IMG/VR virus record: IMGVR_UViG_3300017917_002441
Coordinates: 1-64,000 of that record
Reading direction: 5' to 3' (one strand)
DNA: 64,000 bases
Source: a virus
Shown here: positions 19,987 to 32,187 of the stretch, one piece after another
Numbering within the stretch: the stretch's first letter is position 1
Layout: every line of letters starts with the position of its first letter
Made by a program: the position numbers and the translations under genes
The notes under the pieces: generated by a model
Told to the model about the DNA's origin: nothing
Seen by the model: the letters and a program-made list of their open reading frames with translations, nothing else
Database searches by the model: none

Positions 19987-20803
19987 AGGTCACTGTACTG
20001 TAGTGATCAACGGACTGTGATTTTTGGCTTGGGCATTGCCCGCAAATAGTATTAGGGAGCCCAAAGTTATCGCAAAAGGTTTGTATAACATCATCAGTAT
20101 CATTAACACCAATACCTGATGTGATGTACGGAGCCCAGTGTTCAATGTTGGGATTGTCAAATCGTTGCAGTGTGTCCTTTAACAAGCCAGCAGTGCTACA
20201 TTTGTAGATTCTGCCTTGATACAATAATGGGCAAGTTTGCTGACAACATACGCCAAACGCCTGCGCTGGATCACTGTTCCATGGCATCATGTTGTTGTAT
20301 GTGTGTTGATATGTTTTTAGGAATGAGTTTGGACGATTTATTTGCAATCGAATGTTGTTTGGACCAACCCATCGTTGAATGCCGTATTCAGTTACTGGCT
20401 GCCATGCTCGCAAGTGTTGAATTTGTTGAATCTGCTGTTCTAATTTAGGATCGTTGACGTGTACAGTAATTTTAAAAACTATGTTGCCCACAGACTCGCA
20501 CAAGTCGATGATGTTGGGCGCACGATGCAACAACAAACCATTGGTAGTAAAACGTATAGGAGCATGCGGCATAAGGTCACGCACACCCAAAATCCACTGT
20601 TGCCATTCAGGATTGATCAAAGGCTCTCCGCCAATAATACCAAATTCTTCAATATCAATGCGTTCAAGCCAGGATTCAAGTTGTTGTCGGCCATCTGCCC
20701 AAGACACATACCCACTGTGGCGGAGGTCGCTGTAGTTGGTACACCCCAAGCAACTGATATTGCAGGATTGGGTGATCATGGTTTCTAAGAATGGCAACTT
20801 CAT
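19958..20803 (-). CDS. Radical SAM protein
   Basis: CNISCLGC, GGEPLINP, TTNG and C-terminal Cys residues. Confidence 0.88.
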   Translation of the reverse strand: MKLPFLETMITQSCNISCLGCTNYSDLRHSGYVSWADGRQQLESWLERIDIEEFGIIGGEPLINPEWQQWILGVRDLMPHAPIRFTTNGLLLHRAPNIIDLCESVGNIVFKITVHVNDPKLEQQIQQIQHLRAWQPVTEYGIQRWVGPNNIRLQINRPNSFLKTYQHTYNNMMPWNSDPAQAFGVCCQQTCPLLYQGRIYKCSTAGLLKDTLQRFDNPNIEHWAPYITSGIGVNDTDDVIQTFCDNFGLPNTICGQCPSQKSQSVDHYSTVTFKPRKLQVV

Positions 20804-20861
20804 ATTTGTATTTTTGCTTGTAATTTGCTATACTTATAGTGTCGCTGAGTAAACATTTAAA

Positions 20862-22064
20862 ATGTCAAAGTTAAAGAACTTTTATCCCTATGCGTTTAAT
20901 TTAGATTTCTTTGACGGTGATCACGAACAATTTGTCAGCAACAAAGTACAGCAAGTTCAACAAATCAGCAAAGACCATACGGTTGTGTTGTATTGGTACG
21001 AGCCACAGCCAATAGAAAATGTGATGTATGCCATTGAGCAGTTTGGACGCAAATGTGATCAACGCATTGTTTGGATATTAACTGATTCTTTTTACACAAT
21101 TGAACAGCAACAACAAATTCGTGACACGGGCATCGACGCAACGTTTATAGAATTTGACTTGCTTAATTTGTATTTTGAGTTGAACATTTACAAAACGTCA
21201 ACGTTGAACACCAACTGGAACTACTCAGCTGATCGCTTTTTGTTTTTAACTGGAAAGCCCAATAGGCCTAACCGACTACGGCTATTGCACAAATTTTATC
21301 AGCAAGGTTTGTTGAACCAATGTACATGGTCCTTGTTTATGAGCAATGATTTGCAAAAGCAAAGTCGTTATTTGTTGCCTGAGCTTGATGATGTTGAGTA
21401 TGTTAGATTTATCAATGCGTGTATCAGCAATCCTGACAATGCCAAAGTGGCATACGGATCGGGCAACAGTTGTCATTATGACGGCTATCCTTTTGATCGA
21501 GCACTGTATGAACAAACTGCATTCAGGGTAATCTCTGAAACACAGATGTTTAGCCAGGCCATTGTAACTGAAAAAACCTGGACTACTATTGCCAATCAAC
21601 AGCCGTTTATCATTGCTGGCTATCAACATAATCTACAGCCGTTGCAACAACAAGGATATCGTACATTTGAACGTTATTTAAAAATCACAAACTATGACGA
21701 CATAGTCGATGAAGAGCAAAGATTAGATGCAGTGGTCAAAAACACACAGAATTGGTTAAGCAATATACAACGTTATCAAACACAAATCGCCAACGATGTG
21801 CAACATAACTATGGCTTGCTGATCGACCAGATGAATAAAACGTTTGATCAATTTTCTAGCATATATAGAAAACTTGACAACGTTGAAGTTGAAATTTTTA
21901 GAGTTATTCCAACTTCGATACAACGTGCAAATTGGATTAACTTTTATTATGCAGTAAAGAGTCCCAACTGGCCCCACTGCTTTGGCGAGGAGCAGTTTGG
22001 CGCACTGCCGGACATTGTCCAAAAAGAGTGCATTGAGGTGCATGGATATAGTAAACTCAAGTAA
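20862..22064 (+). CDS. Putative glycosyltransferase, 'TEK' family paralog 2
   Basis: VISET..IVTEKT..QPFII.G..GY.TF..YD. Confidence 0.5.
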   Translation: MSKLKNFYPYAFNLDFFDGDHEQFVSNKVQQVQQISKDHTVVLYWYEPQPIENVMYAIEQFGRKCDQRIVWILTDSFYTIEQQQQIRDTGIDATFIEFDLLNLYFELNIYKTSTLNTNWNYSADRFLFLTGKPNRPNRLRLLHKFYQQGLLNQCTWSLFMSNDLQKQSRYLLPELDDVEYVRFINACISNPDNAKVAYGSGNSCHYDGYPFDRALYEQTAFRVISETQMFSQAIVTEKTWTTIANQQPFIIAGYQHNLQPLQQQGYRTFERYLKITNYDDIVDEEQRLDAVVKNTQNWLSNIQRYQTQIANDVQHNYGLLIDQMNKTFDQFSSIYRKLDNVEVEIFRVIPTSIQRANWINFYYAVKSPNWPHCFGEEQFGALPDIVQKECIEVHGYSKLK

Positions 22065-22084
22065 TTAAACAAAGGAAACAACTC

Positions 22085-23143
22085 ATGGGAAAACCATTTG
22101 ACGTATCAAAATTCCGTAAGGAAATCACAAAGAGCATTGACGGATTGTCAATTGGCTTTAACGATCCCACAGACTGGATCAGCACTGGCAACTATGCCTT
22201 GAACTACCTTATCTCAGGTGACTTTCATAAAGGCATTCCGCTAGGCAAAGTAACTGTGTTTGCTGGCGAATCTGGTGCAGGTAAATCATACATTTGTTCT
22301 GGTAACATTATCAAGAACGCACAAGAGCAAGGCATCTTTGTTGTACTGATTGATAGTGAAAACGCTCTTGACGAAGCTTGGCTCAAGGCCCTGGGTGTAG
22401 ACACTAGCGATAGCAAACTGCTCAAGCTATCAATGGCCATGATTGATGACGTTGCCAAAACAATTTCAACATTCATGAGCGACTACAAGGCCCTGCCCGA
22501 TGGCGAGCGTCCTAAGATTTTGTTTGTGATTGACTCCCTGGGCATGTTGTTGACTCCCACCGACGTTAACCAGTTCGAAGCTGGCGAAATGAAGGGTGAT
22601 CTAGGCCGTAAGCCCAAAGCTCTCACTGCTTTGGTGCGTAACTGTGTGAACATGTTTGGTTCGTACAATGTAGGGTTGGTTGCAACTAACCACACATACG
22701 CATCACAAGATATGTTTGACCCCGATGATAAAATCTCAGGCGGTCAAGGTTTCATCTATGCAAGCTCAATTGTTGTGGCCATGAAGAAACTCAAGCTCAA
22801 AGAGGACGAGGACGGCAACAAAGTTTCAGAAGTCAACGGTATTCGTGCCGCGTGCAAGATCATGAAAACACGTTACGCCAAGCCCTTTGAAGGCGTACAA
22901 GTCAAGATTCCTTACGAAACTGGCATGAGTCCACACAGCGGTCTTGTTGACCTAGCTGAGAAAAAAGGTATTCTCAAGAAAGACGGCAACCGATTGATGT
23001 TTGTTACCAGCGATGGTGAAATTATCAAACAGTTCCGCAAAGCCTGGGAATCAAACGAAGATGGTTGCTTAGACAAGTTGATGGCAGACTTTGCAAATCA
23101 GAAAGAAACGGTAAGTACTGAAGAATCAGCACAGGAGGTGTAA
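22085..23143 (+). CDS. uvsX: RecA-like recombinase
   Basis: GESGAGKS, IDSENA, VIDSLG, NHTY and ISGG. Confidence 0.93.
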   Translation: MGKPFDVSKFRKEITKSIDGLSIGFNDPTDWISTGNYALNYLISGDFHKGIPLGKVTVFAGESGAGKSYICSGNIIKNAQEQGIFVVLIDSENALDEAWLKALGVDTSDSKLLKLSMAMIDDVAKTISTFMSDYKALPDGERPKILFVIDSLGMLLTPTDVNQFEAGEMKGDLGRKPKALTALVRNCVNMFGSYNVGLVATNHTYASQDMFDPDDKISGGQGFIYASSIVVAMKKLKLKEDEDGNKVSEVNGIRAACKIMKTRYAKPFEGVQVKIPYETGMSPHSGLVDLAEKKGILKKDGNRLMFVTSDGEIIKQFRKAWESNEDGCLDKLMADFANQKETVSTEESAQEV

Positions 23144-23145
23144 GA

Positions 23146-23406
23146 ATGCCAATTACCGTAGCCAAAGAACTTTGGAGTGAACTAAAACGTTACGTCAACA
23201 CAGTAGATCGTACAGAAGCCGCAGAAACAGTGGTTTCTGTTTTGATTGACAATGATGTTGATCCCGAAGATATCAAAACAGAATTTAAAAGTGATGCAGA
23301 TATTAAACGTGCTCTAGTTCATTACCTCAAGGATCAGCCCGAAGAAGAAGATGAAGAAGATTACGAAGAAGATAATGACGGGTACGACGATGACTGGGAA
23401 GATTAA
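23146..23406 (+). CDS. Hypothetical protein with acidic tail
   Basis: GGAGG RBS; lies between uvsX and uvsY. Confidence 0.7.
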   Translation: MPITVAKELWSELKRYVNTVDRTEAAETVVSVLIDNDVDPEDIKTEFKSDADIKRALVHYLKDQPEEEDEEDYEEDNDGYDDDWED

Positions 23407-23858
23407 TGTGGTATAGTCGTGTAGTAGCTGATCTGGGAGTAATCCCAGATTTCATTGCCCATTACGAAACTGAGCTTGGCAATGCTAAAGCCGAAGTTCG
23501 TGTGGGCGGCTTAATTGAACGCAACATCAAAGAGTTGCCAGGTATTACTGAGCATAGATTTAACCAACTGCAAGAAATTGAAGCTGTGTTGAACTATCTC
23601 AACATTCAACTACGCAAGATTCGACGCCGACACTTTCAAAAGTATCTTGAAGGTTATGCCCGTGCGTTAACGTCTAGAGATGCCGAAAAGTATGTGGATG
23701 GTGAAGACGAAGTCATTGACTTTGAAACCATTATCAACGAAGTGGCACTGTTGCGTAACAAGTGGCTGGGTATCATGAAAGGCCTTGACACCAAACAGTG
23801 GCAAATGGGCCACATTGTTCGCTTGCGTACAGCGGGCATGGAAGATATCACAGTATAA
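23406..23858 (+). CDS. uvsY: Recombination mediator
   Basis: Helical; AEKYVDGEDEV..K.LD.K.W...IV.LR..G; close to uvsX. Confidence 0.75.
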   Translation: MWYSRVVADLGVIPDFIAHYETELGNAKAEVRVGGLIERNIKELPGITEHRFNQLQEIEAVLNYLNIQLRKIRRRHFQKYLEGYARALTSRDAEKYVDGEDEVIDFETIINEVALLRNKWLGIMKGLDTKQWQMGHIVRLRTAGMEDITV

Positions 23859-23891
23859 ATTTTCCTCAAGTCCTCTGTTGTTCATACATAA

Positions 23892-25697
<1,806 letters not shown>

Positions 25698-25739
25698 GTT
25701 CTAAGTGTTAAATATCTCAATATAGTTATAAGGAAAATC

Positions 25740-26567
25740 ATGAGTCGTAAATTCTCTGTGGTAACAACATTTCATCGTGCTGGGTATGACAAGTATGCCA
25801 AGAAGCTAATACAAACATTTTTACAAAACTGGCCCAAAGAAGTTGATCTTATTGTGTACCCTGAAGATCACACAATTGAAGAGTCTGCGCCAAATTTAAT
25901 TGTACGTGACCTACACTCTAGCTCACCAGAACTAGTAGCATTCAAACAGCGTTGGGGCAATGATCCAAGAGCACGTGGCGAAGTTGCACAAGGCCCAGCT
26001 GATCGCAAAGGCAAGCAACCAGGCATTGGATTTCGTTGGGACGCAATACGATTCAGTCACAAAATATATGCAGTATGTCATGCCGCAAAGAACACTGACG
26101 CCGATGTGTTATTTTGGATGGATGCTGATATGGTGTGTCACACTCCTATTTCGTTGGATTTTATTGAGAGTCAAACACCACCACCAGTGGGCCTAGCGTT
26201 TTTGGGCAGAGAGAAAAAATTTACAGAATGCGGACTCTACGCAATAAACTTGCGTGACCCCGTTACTCAAGCATGGTTACGTGAATTTCAGTTGGCATAC
26301 GACTCCGGTAGACTAATGACCATGGCTGAATGGAATGACTGCTGGGTGTTTGATGAAACACGTCGAGAAGTGCAAGCTCTTAATCCCACTTGGCAACAAT
26401 TAAACTGGAGCGCAGGATTGATTCGTGGAGAAGGCCATCCGCTGATCAACACTGCTTGGGGTGCATACTTGGATCATTTAAAAGGCAATAGAAAAGACAC
26501 AGGCCGTAGCTTGGCTAAAGATTTAATTGTGTCTAGAAAAGAAAGTTACTGGGCTTCCACAGCCTGA
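25740..26567 (+). CDS. GT-A glycosyltransferase
   Basis: WMDAD DxD motif; AAGGA RBS before ATG 25740; TAAATA at 25709. Confidence 0.7.
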   Translation: MSRKFSVVTTFHRAGYDKYAKKLIQTFLQNWPKEVDLIVYPEDHTIEESAPNLIVRDLHSSSPELVAFKQRWGNDPRARGEVAQGPADRKGKQPGIGFRWDAIRFSHKIYAVCHAAKNTDADVLFWMDADMVCHTPISLDFIESQTPPPVGLAFLGREKKFTECGLYAINLRDPVTQAWLREFQLAYDSGRLMTMAEWNDCWVFDETRREVQALNPTWQQLNWSAGLIRGEGHPLINTAWGAYLDHLKGNRKDTGRSLAKDLIVSRKESYWASTA

Positions 26568-27271
26568 GCAAAGTCGTCCTTGCTGTGTTTGGCTTTGTAG
26601 TGATGCAAGTAAGGACCAAGCACAGTGTGACGCAACGGAGTCTTGTACTCTTTTTCCAAATCTGCACACAAGTCTTTGTAAGGTGCCTGTATTGATTTTA
26701 CTGCGGCTCCAAATACATCGTTGTCATAAAATCTGCGCAGTGAATTGCTGTCCATTTCAACGTAGCGTCTACGATACTCAGTCCTAAATGCATCAAACCT
26801 TGGGTGCCGGCAATTTACAGCAAACACGCCAGTCTCGGGCACAAGCCAATGTCCTTCGCGACCGTCCTTGGTTTCAGTATAAGTTACACCCATGTACATT
26901 GCCAAGCAGTTGTTGTCTAGCACTGACTTTAAGAGTTTTTTAGTAATTGGTGCAGTGGTAATAACATCTGAATCAATCCAAAAGATCCAATCAGCTTTGC
27001 TGTTGTACATAGCATGTATTACACTCCAGCCTTTTTTGCCAAATGTTTTTACTCGTTCCTTGACATCGGCTTCTTGTAGATCCCAGTATTCTTTTGGTAG
27101 TTGGTCAAATCCAATTTGATTAACTCTGTGCTGTTGGGGTAGCTCCATGCCTTCGACATAGCAAGTGATTGACAAGTCTTGGGGCCAGTACTGAAGCCAA
27201 GTGGCTAGAGATTCGTATCCTATTAGGTCATAGTATTTTTGATTGAAACTGGTGATAACTTCTATCTTCAT
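26546..27271 (-). CDS. GT-A glycosyltransferase, paralog of 25740
   Basis: WIDSD DxD motif; shared VITSF..Y..WP and YL.H.K pattern. Confidence 0.7.
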   Translation of the reverse strand: MKIEVITSFNQKYYDLIGYESLATWLQYWPQDLSITCYVEGMELPQQHRVNQIGFDQLPKEYWDLQEADVKERVKTFGKKGWSVIHAMYNSKADWIFWIDSDVITTAPITKKLLKSVLDNNCLAMYMGVTYTETKDGREGHWLVPETGVFAVNCRHPRFDAFRTEYRRRYVEMDSNSLRRFYDNDVFGAAVKSIQAPYKDLCADLEKEYKTPLRHTVLGPYLHHYKAKHSKDDFAQAVEAQ

Positions 27272-28224
27272 TTTTTAGCCCATTTTTTCATATGGTTCCA
27301 TGCTGTGCCGTTGACAATTTCATCGTGACACCAATGAAATTGTGCTAACCGTTGTACCCACTGTTGGCGGTCTGGTGTATTGGGGTGTTCAATATCTGCC
27401 AAGTTGGTGTTGGCAATGTCTGCGCATTGACTACGAATTGGATCTGTTACAAACACTGGTACACCTTCGATTACCGCACCCACAGCTGGGCTAGAGTTAT
27501 GATTGACTACTGCCCAGCATTTGTGTAAGTCACTTATTAAGTCACTGCCCGGGCGACTCATAGAGATACGGTCCACTTTGGACAGTGTACACATTCTAAT
27601 AATTTGTGCGCAGTCGCTGGCAGCACCTTTGTCACCTGGGTGCGGTCTAATGCGTATGGGTCTTGCAGTGTATTGACGCAGTGTTCTAATGGTATTAACC
27701 GCCCACTCAACAGTTGTAACGGCGCCCATGCTCCATCCGCCATTGCGTTGCAAACACAGCAACACATGATCACCTTGAGTGCGCCAAGGTTGTAGTGATA
27801 AGCCAATGTCTTGGGACAGTTGTTGCCAACGCTGTGGATTGGGATCTTGGTCACAGTATTCACCAGTGTTGGGAAACACCCCGTCATAGCTATAGCGTTG
27901 GTATGTTCGTGGATTAGCAGTGTTTTTATACAAGAACAAGTTGCTGTCGGCAATGATAGTTCGGCCGCCTGTGGCCAGTTGTTGGTCTACTATGTGTTTT
28001 CTAAACGTTAAATGTGGTGCGGTTTTTCCATGCTCATGCACCCAACCCAACATAAACGCAACATCGCTGGGATGGTACATCATTGCAGTTTCTACTATGC
28101 CTTGATCGCCAGTGGCGGCAACACCTTGTGCAAAGCCCACAATGGTTTGATACTTGTGGTCTGTGGCGTGAGGACGACTTAATAGTTTAGACGGCAGGGT
28201 GGCTACGTAGCTGATTAGTTTCAT
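27268..28224 (-). CDS. KpsS/KpsC-like glycosyltransferase, paralog 2
   Basis: IRPHPG; VVNHNSSPAVGAVIEGVP. Confidence 0.55.
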   Translation of the reverse strand: MKLISYVATLPSKLLSRPHATDHKYQTIVGFAQGVAATGDQGIVETAMMYHPSDVAFMLGWVHEHGKTAPHLTFRKHIVDQQLATGGRTIIADSNLFLYKNTANPRTYQRYSYDGVFPNTGEYCDQDPNPQRWQQLSQDIGLSLQPWRTQGDHVLLCLQRNGGWSMGAVTTVEWAVNTIRTLRQYTARPIRIRPHPGDKGAASDCAQIIRMCTLSKVDRISMSRPGSDLISDLHKCWAVVNHNSSPAVGAVIEGVPVFVTDPIRSQCADIANTNLADIEHPNTPDRQQWVQRLAQFHWCHDEIVNGTAWNHMKKWAKK

Positions 28225-29270
28225 TATTTCTTTTTCTTGGGCTCAGGGTCAGGTTGAGCATTCTTGGCAAGAATCTGTTGTATTGGGCCAACTAGTTGCT
28301 GCCATGCAACACCAGATCGCATTTCGTCCACACTGTATTGGCATTGAGCCAAATGCTTTAGCCATGTATTAATTACATTGGCATCAACCAACTGTAGGTT
28401 TTCAATTTCTTCAACATAACGAGTACTAAACGGCCATGCAAAGTTACCGTTGTCGCATGCCACCGTGGGAATGCCAGCTATCACACTGTCAATGGCCAGG
28501 CCACTGGTGTAAGTCACTGTACAATACGCACCGCGTAAATCATCTGCCCAAGGTGTTAACGCACCGTCACTGAACTTTACATTTTGAATACCATCCAACA
28601 GTACCATCCTTGCCAAGGATTCGTGATCACTCATGGCCTTGCCAGACGCCAAGGGATGGTTACGTACTACAATTTGACGCTGGCTAACTTTGCGAATGTT
28701 ACGTATAGCATTGATGGCCCACTCATTTATATCTGTACCACGCAGGCTGGCATCGCCAGGCAGTTGCAATGCCACTACAATGTGCCCATTGGGATCGTTA
28801 CGCCAGCCTTGCCAGTGGCCAATGCCCAGTTGGCTTAGTCTATGTTGTCCAATATGTTCTTGATAATCGGGCCAAGTGGCGCTTTGGCACAAGAATCCGT
28901 TGATACCAGTGCGCCACTGAGTGTTGTATGTTTTGGTACTGCGATTCAGTAGCGGAGTTTCGATACACACAAAGCAACGGCTATTGGCAGCTACACTGGA
29001 TCTAGTGGCATGGTGATTCTTTTCTCGATTTTTCCAGCTACCAAAAAACACAGCAACATCGCACTCGGTATAACCTTCGGTGTAGTCATAATCCACAGTG
29101 TGGAAAAGCCCAATGTCAAGATCGGCCCAACGACCAATACGTACTAAATCTGGGGCAGGCTGTCGACCGTTTTGTTGATTAGCCCACTCTTGTACTCCTT
29201 GGCCAAATTTCAATAGGATATCGTGTTCATTGTATCCATTAGCTGATGACATAAAAATTTTAATTAGCAT
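28224..29270 (-). CDS. KpsS/KpsC-like glycosyltransferase, paralog 3
   Basis: LQLPGDA, VRNHP and VTYTSGLAIDSVIAGIP. Confidence 0.6.
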   Translation of the reverse strand: MLIKIFMSSANGYNEHDILLKFGQGVQEWANQQNGRQPAPDLVRIGRWADLDIGLFHTVDYDYTEGYTECDVAVFFGSWKNREKNHHATRSSVAANSRCFVCIETPLLNRSTKTYNTQWRTGINGFLCQSATWPDYQEHIGQHRLSQLGIGHWQGWRNDPNGHIVVALQLPGDASLRGTDINEWAINAIRNIRKVSQRQIVVRNHPLASGKAMSDHESLARMVLLDGIQNVKFSDGALTPWADDLRGAYCTVTYTSGLAIDSVIAGIPTVACDNGNFAWPFSTRYVEEIENLQLVDANVINTWLKHLAQCQYSVDEMRSGVAWQQLVGPIQQILAKNAQPDPEPKKKK

Positions 29271-30066
29271 TTAGTATCCTATAAGCGGTACCATCTTTTA
29301 GTTCGTTGACATGAAACTGGCCATAGGCAAGATGACAAGCCCATGCATGTATTTTATCTTCTCCGGCCCAGTACGGAGAATCAATTTGACTGAGATCTTG
29401 TGATGCAACTGGACTGGCAGCATTGGCCGGCGCCAAAGTAAATGCCGGAACTCCATGCATGATGCTTTCCACTGCGGCCACACTGTTAAATGTGACCAGC
29501 GCATGAACGTCGTTGGCCAACACTTTTGACAGTGGATCGCTGTGTGTACGATCTATACGTTTTGGTGCCCGCTGTCGCACTACTATGGGACGATCTGTGT
29601 ATTGTTTGATTTTGTTTACAGTTTCTTCAACCCAGGTGCTGTAGTTTACACCATAAAACTTACAGGGTTTTTCGTCCGGCGCGGCAACAATGATTTGACT
29701 ACCGTGTCGTCTTGGGTGCAATTTAATGTTTAGTCGTTGCCAACGATCCGCTGGCTGCTGTACAATCTCGCCGTGCTGTAGATTGTTTTTAACAATTCGA
29801 TGCCATAATTTCCAGCCATTGGGATTGAGCGGCCCGGGTTGGTTACCAAAGTAACCTGAATCAATGTAGTAAAAGTCTCGAGAATCCTGCCAGCACTGTT
29901 TCATTATTTTGTGTTTGAGTATGCCTCGCAACACTATGGGGTCGGCGCTGGTATTATAATCAAAGTCATCTGTATTGGTCACAACAGAACCAACACTGCG
30001 AGCAAACATATTTACGTATTCATCATTGCCCTGTTTGCTGAGAAAGATCCAATTACTTGATGTCAC
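29260..30066 (-). CDS. KpsS/KpsC-like glycosyltransferase, paralog 4 (probable GTG start at 30066)
   Basis: YYIDSGYFG; LVTFNSVAAVESIMHGVP; the longer ORF overlaps the upstream gene. Confidence 0.55.
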   Translation of the reverse strand: MTSSNWIFLSKQGNDEYVNMFARSVGSVVTNTDDFDYNTSADPIVLRGILKHKIMKQCWQDSRDFYYIDSGYFGNQPGPLNPNGWKLWHRIVKNNLQHGEIVQQPADRWQRLNIKLHPRRHGSQIIVAAPDEKPCKFYGVNYSTWVEETVNKIKQYTDRPIVVRQRAPKRIDRTHSDPLSKVLANDVHALVTFNSVAAVESIMHGVPAFTLAPANAASPVASQDLSQIDSPYWAGEDKIHAWACHLAYGQFHVNELKDGTAYRILNAN

Positions 30067-30739
30067 GTTGTTGACAGTACTCGGTGTAGATACGTTCTCT
30101 ATGCCACTCATCCCCCATGGGAGTTGTAGCAAATTCATGAAAACTTGGTGTGCCCAGTGTGTAATGCAACAGTTTGGCATTGGGGTTTGGGCCGTATTCG
30201 TCAGGCAGCCAATTCCATTCTGGCGGCAACTCGCCAATGCGTTCATCACTGGTCCACTCAAATCTGTGCAAATGCGCACCTGTGGATTTTTGTATGTACT
30301 CGGGTGTTAGTTTTTTTGTTGGAAAATTGTTGCAGTTAAAAAGCATTACACTGCTCCAATTTTTTCTTGGATAATCTTCGTTTTTGCTACCAAGATACTT
30401 TTCTGTCATCTTAGTTTTGTAATCATGCTTGACTACCATGACATCTTTGCCAACTTCGGCCAAGTTCCACAACTCGGCTATGTCACCGCGCACAATCATA
30501 TCTCCGTCCATGAAGATAGCATACCCTTGATAGCCCATCAAGTACGGTACTAAAAATCTTGAATAGATAAACTGATTGCTACCGTCAGTGTGTGTTTCTG
30601 TGTAGTCTTTGAAGTTGTTTAATGCCAATGGAACAATTGCTACCGGGACGCTGGAATGCCTAATGATGCTGTTGGCACATACGTGATACGCAATGGCTTC
30701 TCTTGGATCATACCCGATAAAAATTGGAATTGGTTTCAT
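30053..30739 (-). CDS. GT8-like glycosyltransferase
   Basis: IFIGYDPRE, SRFLVP, FMDGDM, KNWSSVM and WN.L..LLHYT.G.P. Confidence 0.8.
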   Translation of the reverse strand: MKPIPIFIGYDPREAIAYHVCANSIIRHSSVPVAIVPLALNNFKDYTETHTDGSNQFIYSRFLVPYLMGYQGYAIFMDGDMIVRGDIAELWNLAEVGKDVMVVKHDYKTKMTEKYLGSKNEDYPRKNWSSVMLFNCNNFPTKKLTPEYIQKSTGAHLHRFEWTSDERIGELPPEWNWLPDEYGPNPNAKLLHYTLGTPSFHEFATTPMGDEWHRERIYTEYCQQRDIK

Positions 30740-31503
30740 TATCGTCTTTCGATGTCATCTTCAACACAGCGGTCACCGTATTGAATTTCTACCACACGCA
30801 GTTCTTCTGTGCCTTCGTTACACAGCTGATGCCACTCATTGTTTTTGATATGAATGTGTTTGAACTTTTCAAACACGCCCAAGAGCTCTGCGTCAGTTTT
30901 TTGATTCACAGTATAAACAGTTGCAGTACCTTGTGCCACAAACCAGTGCTCTGCTCGGTCGTTGTGTCGTTGCATACTGAGATTTTGCCCAGGCGCAACA
31001 GTGAGTTCCTTGACTTTGACTTCGTTTGCTTGCTCATGTAACACACGGTAGTATCCCCAAGGACGTGCAGTTTTGGGAGCCTTCCATTCTTCAAGGATCC
31101 AACTGCTGGAATTTCGTTTGTCGAATCCGCCTACACCAAATACAAACTTGACATTGGTATCGGCAATGTCCATTTCAGGAATGTTTTTATCGGTACGATC
31201 CCCACCGTTGGCAAAGATAATTTCGTCATCTGGATATTTTTCACGAACTTTGGCAATGGCTGATTTAGCACTGCCGTCGCTGTCGTCGAACTCAATGACC
31301 CAATCAACCATGCTCAAGTGTCGTACCACAGATACTCGTTCTGCAAACGGCATAAAGGCACGCCCTTTTTTGCGTGACAGCCAGGCATCGCTGTTTAGGC
31401 CCACTACCAGCACATCGCCTAGGCGTCGTGCGTCTTTAAAATATTCAATGTGACCAGAGTGTATGGGGTCAAACCCACCAGTGACTAAAACAATTTTTTT
31501 CAT
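30739..31503 (-). CDS. Cytidylyltransferase-like domain fused to a mannose-6-phosphate isomerase-type cupin
   Basis: GGFDPIHSGH and GLNSD.WL..KKG; C-terminal RPWG.Y..LSMQRH..RAEHW..EIQYG...EDDIER. Confidence 0.88.
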   Translation of the reverse strand: MKKIVLVTGGFDPIHSGHIEYFKDARRLGDVLVVGLNSDAWLSRKKGRAFMPFAERVSVVRHLSMVDWVIEFDDSDGSAKSAIAKVREKYPDDEIIFANGGDRTDKNIPEMDIADTNVKFVFGVGGFDKRNSSSWILEEWKAPKTARPWGYYRVLHEQANEVKVKELTVAPGQNLSMQRHNDRAEHWFVAQGTATVYTVNQKTDAELLGVFEKFKHIHIKNNEWHQLCNEGTEELRVVEIQYGDRCVEDDIERR

Positions 31504-31508
31504 GCTAA

Positions 31509-31538
31509 TATTTATATGTGTAGATTATGGTGTAAATA
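31509..31538. promoter_or_regulatory. Divergent pair of late promoter motifs
   Basis: TATTTA at 31509-14 (minus) and TAAATA at 31533-38 (plus), each 5 nt from an ATG. Confidence 0.65.
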
Positions 31539-31543
31539 CATTT

Positions 31544-32185
31544 ATGGATCAAAACAACTGGTTAGACTACTTCAATACCAACTACTATCCACGCTTGATG
31601 CCAAAATCCAGTGGCGCCAAACGAGGCTTGATAGAAGGTCATTGCCAACGCGGCGATGGATTTTTGTTAATGTTTCAAAAATTATTGGCCAAGAACAAAG
31701 CACATTATAAAATTATTGAAACCGGAACACTACGGAATCCGGGCAATTGGAAAGATGGCCAAAGTGCTCAACTGTTTACTGAATTTGTTCAGCGGCACGG
31801 TGGCACTGTGCGAAGTGTTGATATTGATCCACATGCTGTGGACACTGCAAACAGTTTTATCACCAGTGACCAATTTTCCAGTCATTGCAGTGACAGCGTG
31901 GAATTTTTGAAACAACAAGCAGACTTGGCAGAAGTTGATTTGTTTTATCTTGACAGTTGGGACGTAAAGTGGGAAAACGATCAAGCCAGCGCAGAACATC
32001 ATCTCAAAGAGTTTTTAGCAATCGAGCCACACTTGCAACCTGGCGCTGTGGTGGCAATTGACGACAACTCTAGATTGCTGTCTAGCAACAACAGAACTGG
32101 CAAGGGCCGACGCATTGTAGATTATCTTGAAGCCAAAGGCGTACAGCCCATTTACGATGCTTATCAAATTATCTATCAATTCTAA
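31544..32185 (+). CDS. SAM-dependent methyltransferase
   Basis: IIETG, SVDID, DSVEFL, LFYLDS and AIDDN. Confidence 0.75.
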   Translation: MDQNNWLDYFNTNYYPRLMPKSSGAKRGLIEGHCQRGDGFLLMFQKLLAKNKAHYKIIETGTLRNPGNWKDGQSAQLFTEFVQRHGGTVRSVDIDPHAVDTANSFITSDQFSSHCSDSVEFLKQQADLAEVDLFYLDSWDVKWENDQASAEHHLKEFLAIEPHLQPGAVVAIDDNSRLLSSNNRTGKGRRIVDYLEAKGVQPIYDAYQIIYQF

Positions 32186-32187
32186 AC

